NCBI RefSeq assembly: GCF_021028975.2
Contig: NC_059436.1
Span: 35,898,001-35,962,000 of the forward strand
Direction: 5' to 3'
DNA from: Sphaerodactylus townsendi
Taxonomy: Eukaryota
Length of the DNA stretch: 64,000 nucleotides
The position numbers and the translations under genes were made by a program. This document shows positions 25,301-35,600 of this stretch, in pieces. Every line of letters begins with the position of its first letter. Position 1 is the stretch's first letter. Under the pieces are notes generated by a model that worked only from the letters and a program-made list of their open reading frames with translations, ran no database searches and was not told the origin of the DNA.

Positions 25301-28300
25301 GTAAGCCCCTTTGAGTCTCCTCAGGAGAGAAAGGGGGGATATAAATCCAAACTCTTCTTCTTCTTCTAGTTCAGGGGTCTGCAACCTGCGGCTCTCCAGA
25401 TGTTCACAGACTATGATTCCCATCAGCCCCTGCCACCATGGCCGTGGTGGGGCTGATGGGAATTGTAGTCCATGAACACCTGGAGAGCCACAGGTTGCAG
25501 ACCCCTGTTCTAGTTATAATACTATGATATGCCAATCACCGATTTAAAACAAAACAAAATGCCCCCCAATAGTGGACAGGGGAAGGATGGCCACTAAGAG
25601 AACTGGGGCACAGGAAATGCAAAGAAGTGTGCTGAGGAGAAATCCAATTGCTGCTGCATTGTATCAATAGCGGCAAAACCACACAAGCCCATTCCCATGT
25701 GAAAAAAAACAACAAAGTCAGCAAAAACCTGCACCACGGCTCTTGTGGTTGGACCACTTCAGACCTGCAGATGGGGGAGCAGAGAGTGTGTTTTAATGCT
25801 GCCCCATCAGAATTACCCCATTCACATGGAAATCTAGTATCTCAGGGAGAAAGAAACGCTTGAATCCTTCTCTCTGACTGCTAGTTTTCGACACTGGATG
25901 GAGCAAGGATGCTGAATTCTGTGCCACCCGCCTTGCTCTGTGTTTCCAGTGGACAATTGCCTGTTATTTCGACACAAGCCGCCTCTGCTGGTTAGCTAAG
26001 CTCAAACACCACCCCCTCCCCACTCCCAGCCACGCTCAGCTTGAGAAGCAAGTGCCCTCCCCCTCCTCCTCACATTCCTTTTGCTGTCCTTTGCTCCGGG
26101 CAAATGTCTCACTGTCACTCCCAATCTTTTCTCTCTGCCGTGAAGCCACTAAAAGACAGAGTTTCATTCTCTCCAGGACAAGCACGGCAGCTGTGTCCCC
26201 ACTCCCCTCAACACAGGGAGCCATCCATACCTTGTCTGGGCTCAGCAGGGTCTTCACGCCAAAGCTCATGCACCCGATAAGTTCACTTTGCCTGAAGAGG
26301 AATTAGTAATAAAGCTAAGCATCTCTTCCACTGAGGGTTCTGTTCCTTCCATCCCCAGTATAGTTCACACTGGCTGGAGAGTCAGGGCATCTATTTGAGA
26401 CCATGATTAAGGATGCTTCTGAACAGGGACGGGAGAGGGTCCTAAGCTCACTGTTTAAGCACTGTGCTATACCAATCTGTTCACTGGGCTAGGTTCCATG
26501 ACAGGCGGAAGTCTGCCATATCTGACATATCTGAGATGAAGACACTTGGAAATCCAAACTGGGGCAAGGAGCCCCTTAAATTGAAGCCATCTGGTCATTC
26601 CACAGCTAGCAGACATGCCGCAGCTGGTGAGGAAACCATGACACCTGTTCTGGTTTTATCTGCTTAAAATTGGTAGGAACGCCCTCCCCCCTCCGCACTC
26701 AGAATAATCCCCTGGAGGTGATTTGCAACACCTCCATGACATCGTAAATACATCATTTTAAAGCATAAATAAAAACAATTTAAAGCCTCCAGAGAATGAA
26801 TAAGAAGAAAGGAATGCTGACTAAACAATATTAGACGTCAAAAAGCCATTACGCTGGCAGAAGGAAAATAAAATCCACTGAAAACCTGGGGGAAGAGAAA
26901 AGACTTTGGCTAGCCCTTTAAACTTGGTAAGCCTGGCACCAGCTGAGGGGAATGAATTCCACATGCAAGGAGTCACCAGTGAGAAGGTCCCATTCCAAGC
27001 ACCTTACTATGTATCAAGTACCTCCTTACCACTGAGAGTGAACAGAGCAGGGCATCCCCTGTAGCTCTCATCTGACAGGGAAGGTCCTAGGAGAACAAGT
27101 GGTTCCCTTTTGAGGGATGAGGTGCTGGCGAACCAGGGTATCAGGGAAATATGTCTCAGTAATGCTGTTAGTCCAGCACCATGGACAGTTCCTTGGTGCT
27201 GTTGTGTTTGGGGCAGAAATACTGGTTCCGTGAAGGTGAGGCCTTTCAGGAAGGCGGAAAGGTGGGGTGGTACCAGAAACGGACGATCTTCATTCTACTG
27301 GTCTTGTCCAGATGGCTTCTTGGATTTACATGCTACAACATGTTCAGACCTGGTCCACAAATCCTGGCCCACATATCCTGGTCAGCAGCAGCTCAAGTGG
27401 CCAAGTTGAGACCTCCAACCCTGCGGAGAGCATCATTTCTGTACCAGCTCAGATCTATTCTAGTCTTGGCCTTACCTGGAATGCCTTGGTTGGTTCCAAG
27501 TGGTGATCAGCAGACGCTTTCTCTCATCTTCCTCTTGCAAAGGGCTAGAGTGTGAAGTGGAAAGGGTGCAACCATGAGCCCCTACAATAAGCCTTGCAGC
27601 ATAGCTAGAGCTACAGACAAACAAGTTCCCTCTCTCGCTGATGGCATCTGGTACGGATGTGAAACGGTACCAGTCCCTCGTTTACCCAGAGATTACCAAG
27701 CAGAATATATCATCTGTTAACTTTTCCCGGTCCAATACAGCCACACACACACACCCTTAAAAAACCAGCCCCAGAGGCAGGTACTCTGAAGCTAAGAAGG
27801 ATAGTAACAATCCAAAAGATATGGATATAGAGAAATACAGTTCAAGCAGCAATGAACCCCACTCCCTTCAACACAGGGAGCCACCCATACCTTGTCTGGG
27901 CTCAGCAGGGTCTTCACGCCAAAGACCGTAGAAAGAACAGACATCAGCTCAATACCAGCGCTTCCCCAGATTCAAGATTTCAAAACTACCCAAACCATCT
28001 GTCCTCCGTCTCCTCCAAGGGCATGCTACATGCTTCCAGAAATCCTTTTACCTGGCTTGGTTCCACCCTGCATCAACGGCCGCTCCAAGTCTGAAAAAAG
28101 ATGCTCCCTTCCACCCTACTTCACAGAGAAGCTACCAAAATTAAGAAAGACCAAGGCTGGGAAGGACAGGAACCTAGTCCTCCTGCTGGGTGAGTGCGGA
28201 CAGACAGCTCTGTGCAAAGATTTGAGGCATTTGGGCTGTGAGAAACAGCAGAACAGTATCTGTCATACCTCATTTCAATGCAGCCGTTAACCATGCATGA

Positions 28301-28324
28301 GGCATGTTGTTAGACATAATGGCA

Positions 28325-28395
<71 letters not shown>

Positions 28396-29645
28396 CATGT
28401 GGAAATCTCTTTGGCTGGGATCCTTGGCTAACTCCTTTCACAGCCTGGGCCCAATCTGAATGACGGAACTGAGGGTGAGCAGAAGCTGGTCCCACCCCAT
28501 CGCCCCGTACTCACAAGAGAAAGTGCTCATGGAAGACTGGGTTTTTATTGTCCGGAACGGTCTTGGTCTTTTGCCTGCACCTCCGATCCGTGTCTGGTAC
28601 GATAGACATCTTCATTTGAAAAGACAGAGAAACAGCTTCTTAATCCCCCATGCGTGGTCCAGTCACAGACTTTCTACCAATCCATCTCCTCGAGCAGAAA
28701 ACCAGCAAGGGGGGGGGGGGGGGATCAAGCAAATTTCAAGCGAAATGGAATTTTAAGGATTTCAAGTGAAACGCAACTGAAACGGAACTTTATCCATTCC
28801 CATTCTGCACAGGAATCTGCAGGGTGTTATGGGGGGATATCCACATTAGCCCCACGCCCCATTCTAGAAGCTGCTAGATTCCCCAAACTGGAAGGGGACA
28901 AAGATAGAATCCCAAAATCAGCGCAAGTGACTGAAACAGATTAACTAAAAATAGACCATAAGCCAAAGAAGGAGAAAGGTACCACTTACAAGGGCCCTCA
29001 GCAGGTGTTCTTCCTACAATAGAAAGGCAGTAGCGCAGCACATCTTTTGGATAGTTAATGTGCGCTGCACCAGAGATGAAGAAAACCTTTGCAATCCCAA
29101 AGTCCAAGAAAGATTCAAGAATACTCTGTGATCCCAGGCATTAGAAGCATCAAAAGGATGCTGCAGAAATGCCTTGAATCCTACAGCCGCTCAGAGAGAT
29201 GCTCAATGCCTATTTCTTCCTCCTTCAGGTCTTGCAAATCTCTGCAAGCAAATGGAGGAAGGCTCTTTTTATTTTTTTTTTAAAAAGGAAGAAATCAATG
29301 GCCACAGACAACGCAGTCAGCAGCCTGGTTAGGAGGAGGGCTGGAGCTGAGAAGGGAAGAGAAGCCCTATGGGAAAATTCACCACAAAAGGGGTTGTGCG
29401 TGCCAAGTAAGCCACAAACCACAAACTCTTGACTAGAGAACAGCAAGCCCACCTTAACAAAGGAGTCGCAAATCCGGTATTCTTTCCCCATCAGGCCTTT
29501 GGCTTCCATAACTAGATGGCAGGGAAGAAAGGGGAGGGGGGAATTGCATTTCAAAACCGGCACACGAAAAGCTACTTGGTATAGACTGCATGGCCCCTTT
29601 GCTGGCAGGATGAATTGAAAGCTGACTTAGCAATTGCTAGCTGTG

Positions 29646-29679
<34 letters not shown>

Positions 29680-32600
29680 CCCTTAACTCACAGCTTCCAG
29701 CCTCTCTCTTACTCTCTCGGCTCCACTCCCAGGCACCTTCAGTTCTCCACTTGCTCCAGCTCCTTGCTGACTCAGCATAATCTGATAAAATGTTCATCTC
29801 CTTGTGCATAGACAAGCACTAGGCTTTAGCTGAGTCCTGGGTTCAGCCCTGGAGTCATGAGTATTCTGTAATTACTCTGGTGAAATGTAGGATTTGGTTG
29901 GGTGGGTGCAGAATTCAACATCTTGAGAATCAGGATAAGTTTCTAGCCCTTATCCGCACAAACAGTGATCGATTCTAGAACGGGCAATGCGGAGAATTCC
30001 CCCTGACTTACTTAAACCCAAAAGGGTGCCCTTGCTTGGCAGCAGGCTGGCCTGTGCCTGCCCAGTAAGAGTGAAATCGGAAAAGAGAGAAGAATGTATG
30101 TGCACAAATATAATGTTTTGCCATGAATAAAAGCCTACTAAAAATATCCAGGCCTGAGAGCTTAGTTGAAGGCAGAAGCAGTCCTGCGTCCAGATGCCAA
30201 ATTGCATTTCATGTGCCTGACTTCCTCTGGCTCGTCATGCTGAGCTACATGCCCATGGCCCAAAAGCATCATCAAGTTAAATATCAAAGGCCGCATCCTG
30301 ATCTTCGCTCTGGCCCCCAGCAGCTCCCCCCTCTCCCCTCCCGCAACAGTGAAAGAGAAGCTGGGATATTTCTATCGAGAGCGCTGAAGGCAGACCCTCG
30401 CCCCAACGTGCTCTGAGTCCTATGATGCAAACAGCTGGACTCTTTCATGTGTAGCACTCTGCTTTGACTGATGTTCCCCCTGTTCACAGTACTCACCCTA
30501 TCCCATGCCATAATGGGAAGAACAGTGTTGTGTGGTCAGCAGACAGCTAAGCTAAACAGTAGGGGAGGACACAAAGGGCTGCCCCTAAAAATCACAGTTG
30601 TGAGCCTCTTTCACAGCAGTTGTGAGCAGCAGTGGCGTTGTGGTTAAGAGCAGGTGCACTCTAATCTGGGGAACTGGGTTTGATTCCCACTCTGCCACTT
30701 GAGCTGTGGAGACTTACCTAGGGAACTAGATTAGCCTGTGCACTCCCACACACACCAGCTGGGTGACATCGGGATAGTCACAGTTCTGAGCTCTCTCAGC
30801 CCCACCCACCTCACGGGGTATTAAGGGGGGTGGGGGAAAGGAGATTGTAAGCCCCTTTGAGTCTCCTTACAGGAGAGAAAGGGGGGATATAAATCCAAAC
30901 TCCTCCTCCTCCTCCTCCTCTTCTTCTTCTTCTTTCCCTTTCCCCACTGTAACATCTGGGTGCACCTCACCTGTGTCCTGGTAGCACTTTTTTTGTTTCC
31001 TTGTCCCAGTTGGCAGTGGGTGAGCAAATGAAGGATGTGGTGATGTCAGGATACAATTGAGCTGTATTACAACATTACAGCACTGAACAGGGTGGGGAGG
31101 AAATACAGCTGCCATTTTTGATGGCAACTCTCTGAATGTCAGTTTTGGCTTTCTGTACACTGTGCCATTTTGTTTACCTCCTAAGAATATGTCTGGAACC
31201 CCATGGAACGAAAGTATTTCAGGGGAAGGAGATAAGCAGGAAAAAAGCTAGCAGAGGAAAGAGTTAAACGCCCCCTTCTCTGTTCCAAACTCCTCAAACT
31301 GCTCCAAACTCCTCAAAGAAACAGCCGATAGGATTTTATTGCTGACCCAGATTCATGCACAAAACCCCTTTATCTCTGAAACCTTGAAGAGGTGTTTTTA
31401 AATTAGACTGTTAATTTTATCTTGAGCCCCTAGTCACAATGAAGGACCTTGCCCACTTCAGAACATTACTAAAAGAACATGCCCACTGTCTTGGAAGACT
31501 GGGTGGGTATCAGAAAAGCCCCAGGTGCCATGTCAAAGAGCCACAGGTGACTCCTGAGCTACCTATTTTCATAGTCCCAGCTGACCTGCCAATCAGCAAC
31601 CTAGACGCAGAAGTTGGGGACTACCAATTAACCCGTTGTGGCTTCTTGGGTACAGATGTTTCCTTGGCAGGCATTGCTGACCTCCTGGAAGTTCCCTCCC
31701 TTGGTCTGACTTGGGTTACTGAGTCATCTTCCAATATCTCTCAGGTCAGCCATTCAAGATCTGCTATGAGCTTCAGCATAAGAGCCATCATGCCCCCCTC
31801 CGTTGTCACATGAAGCTGTGCAGACCCCCTCTTCCCTTTACACCCAGACAGCAGTACTCACCATACAGCATAAGGTCCCTGCCTTGTGTGTTGATGGAGA
31901 GCTTGAGCTGTCCTAGAGCAGACAAGAAACATTATGAGCGGCAGACAGATAAGATGCTGCCTTCCAGCATGGCATTTCAGAGATTTGCTGCCTCTGACAC
32001 CGTGGTCCCCTTTTAGTCACCATGGACAGTCTCAGTGGCCTGTTCCCATTTGCTAGACAAGATGGGGAGGATAGTAATGAGCAGCCAACGTGCCAAGGTC
32101 TGGTAAGAGCCTGTCTTGCTGTTAAAATGGGAGAAGAGGGGATTAAAGGTCCTTTTGCTGTCTGGCGCTGAGTCAGTAGGCAGGGATCAGTGTCACTAGA
32201 CTCCCTGCTCTTGCTCCACTGAAAATACAGCTCTGGTCAAAAATAAGCTGTGGACCAAAGGTGTAATGGATTGTTGTTAGGAAAAAAACACAATCAAGAT
32301 TCTGAAGTGCTTTGCAAATGGCAAGTGACAGAAACAGCAACTGCAGGCATACAACCAGGGTAGCCTGAAAGACAGCAGCAGCAACCAGTCCGCTTCTGTC
32401 TGTTTTCCAGCGCTCCTAAACATTTTCTTGAAGTACACCTTTCTTGTGGATTTCCTCCTCTGCGCATACTGATTAACATACAGTTTGCAAGATGGACTTA
32501 TGAGCCAGCTGTCTGATTTCAATTCCAGAATCGGACAGGCTTGTTCTAGTTTGTTCTCAGCTTTAATAATGCCGGACAACCAACAAGGTGTGGCAGTCCA

Positions 32601-35600
32601 AAAAGCGGAGCTGTAAAGAAAAATTAAAATAAAATAAAATAGTAAACCTGGAGCTGATCCTTGTATGCACAGCAACATGCAACGAACCTACCGAAGCCCA
32701 GCAAGCATGAAATGCAAGCTGGGTGCCCCCGTGTGGACAGCTGGAACAATGCCGCTCCTAGGGACACAATCTCAAATCACCGCAAATGTAGCAGAAGAAC
32801 ACTGCGTGTTGAAGAGCGGGGGTGGTATGCAATAACTTCCCTGCTGGATCAGACCAAGAGTCCATTTAACCCAGCATTTTATAGCCAGCCAGATGCCTCT
32901 GAAAACTCACCCAGTAGAGTGTGAAAGCATTAGAGTGTCTGTTATCTGTCTCCATTATGCAATACTCAAAGGTATCCTGCTTCTGAATATGGAAGCTCTA
33001 GCTAGGGAACCACAATCAGTGGCTTCCACTGGACCTCCATGCAATTGTCTAATTTTTTAAAAGGAATCTAAGTTAGTCATTTTCTCTACATCTTCTAGTT
33101 GCAGAGAATGTTGCAAAGTACTTATGCGTTGCAATATGTAGAAGGATAATTTTAATCCACTACAGAGGAGCAGGTGCCAGGCAAACTCCTGCAGGTGGGA
33201 TGCCATAACAGAAAATGTTCTTTGAGGTCTTTACATTGCTTTTTATCTTTACGTTTGACGCGGCAGCCCCTTGTTAGCCTAAGCTCTTTGGGATGAAAAT
33301 AACATAAACGGAATATGGTAAAAGCTCGGGGTGTTTACAAAAACACATACCTCGCAAACATACTGAGGCTTCAGATTTCTGAGAAATAATTCCCCCAGAC
33401 TTGGAAGCCCTATAGTTCCTAAAACCAAGATGTAAAAAAATCAGCTATAACACAAGAACTGCACTCTGCATTTGCTCAGATGTTCTTTTCTCTTTTCTTA
33501 TTTTATTCATATCTTTCAAGGCTGGTCTGTAACCCCAGAAAAGAGACAGAGACATGGAAACATCTCCAAGCCAATGGTCCATTTCTTTTCCCTGCAATCT
33601 CAAGGTCCCTCTTGGCTGCTTCTCACTCAACGATGACCAGCAAGAGACCTTGGAGCAATTGCAGCCTTTGGATTTCAGGAGCCATGAGAACCAGCCGGTC
33701 AGTGAACAACAGCCCTGCTGTGAGAACAAAATGGCAGAGACTCGACCAAGTGTGATTTGCAGCCCAGCCTAGCTTGCCAGTTTATCTGGGAAGATATGGT
33801 TAGCAGAAGGATCTTCTCCTGTACAAACCTCTTAGGCCACAGCAAGGAAACACCAAGCGGAGTCTTGAGGGTTATGGCCCACCAATTCCTCTCGAACATG
33901 GAAAAGTTCAGAGTGTGGAATGGCTTAAGCAAGGGACCATTGTTGGGCCCTGAGTACAGTATGTGTGGGGAGTGCAAACTTGTTGGCCGGCATTCCAGAG
34001 TCTTTTGTCCAGATGACTTAGTCAAGACACCATTTAAATCCAACATTAACCTATATGTTTAGATACAATTTTGTCACCTGTTTCTTTCAACAAGTGTTCT
34101 GCTGAGCCTAGTTAAGACCAAGGCCAAAATCACACTCACATTGTAAGGAACTATCATGAGATCTTCTCTGGCACAAGTTATCTACCATAAGTCAAATATA
34201 AACAGAAGACTTATTATATCAGAAGGTATTACATCAGAAGGTTATATTCATCCACTACTTGTCAGATCAAATTTACCCTCTCAGGGAACTTAACACCCCA
34301 AATTCCAACTTACAGAGACACTGTCATAGTTTTGACCAACTTGCTCAGACTTTGCGGGATCAGTCTTGGGGGACCTGTCTTGGGGTTCGAGACCATCAAT
34401 TACCCCAGAATGCCACATACTGGAACCATCCATATCCCACAAACCAGCATCATTAGCAGTCACAGAGAGAAAGAATCTGCATTATCTGGGCTGACCCCTG
34501 ACCCCCTCCTTCACACACACACACACATACCTAAACAGGCATTGCTCAGATATTTTCAACCTATATTCATAGCCATCAGGACTAGAAACTTGCATGCTTC
34601 TTTTAAAAAATCACTCTGGATGGCGTCAATCACTGAAATGCCAAGTTTCATTCAGTCACGAAACAAAGCCAAGCTATACATCAATGCAAAAACAATACTC
34701 CCTTTCACATTTCAGAGTGCCGTGTGCTATCACTGAGTACAGAAACTGACCTTGGCAAGTTGTGGCTCAAAACCAGCTCAGAATACACAGCTTATATCTT
34801 AAGCAAAGATTTACCAGCTTGTGTGGTTTTGTGAACCAGGGGTTAGACTGCTGGGCTTGAATTGGGGAGACTTTACTTTAAATCCCGCCTAAGCTATAAA
34901 GCTCACTAAACTGACACTGGGCCAGTCACTCTATTTCGGTCTCAACTGCCTCACAGATAAAATAGAGGGCAGAACCAAGTCTGCTGCCCTGAGCTGGTTA
35001 GAGGAAGAGAAACACAAGCATGTAATGAATTAACAGACAGAGCTCTTGTAAGATGCCAGAGAGATGCATCTGCAGCTGAAATATGTGAAGAGTATTTGCT
35101 GATCACTAACATCTTCCCGCCTACTCCGTATCTGACAGCAAAGCGATGCAGCTTGGGGCACCTGTCAGATTAGAAATTAGCCAGTCATTTAGAAATTGCA
35201 CAGATCATCAACACGTTCACTGCAATCCTTGTCAGTTTCCGCAGCAGTTCCGAGCATGGTTAGGAATTCAGCCGCATAGAACCATTTCAAGTCCTATAAA
35301 AATGCCTGGAAATGTCACTCAGTCATATCTCATGTGTGATGCCTACACATGCGTGCATTGCTGTATGTAGTGGTGCTGAAAAACAATATTGTCCTGCTGT
35401 GCGTGTCAAGGCACTCCGCAAGAAGCCCATCTAGCTTGCCAGCAATGTGGGATTCATCCAGCGAGAGCCCCAGTCTTTTCAAGGAACTGAAAGGAGGTGG
35501 GACTGTGGCCAGCTCTTGCTGTGGACTTGCATGCAATCACCTGCTGCAAACCCCCTATCCTGTGCCTCAAACACAGAGGCGCCAGTCCTAGAAAGAACCA

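Noticed and set aside
31617-31790. Minus-strand LEWLT.. stretch resembling human MEWLSP
   Set aside because: It has an in-frame stop, lies on the wrong side of the first C2 exon, and a better match exists at 36674-36823.
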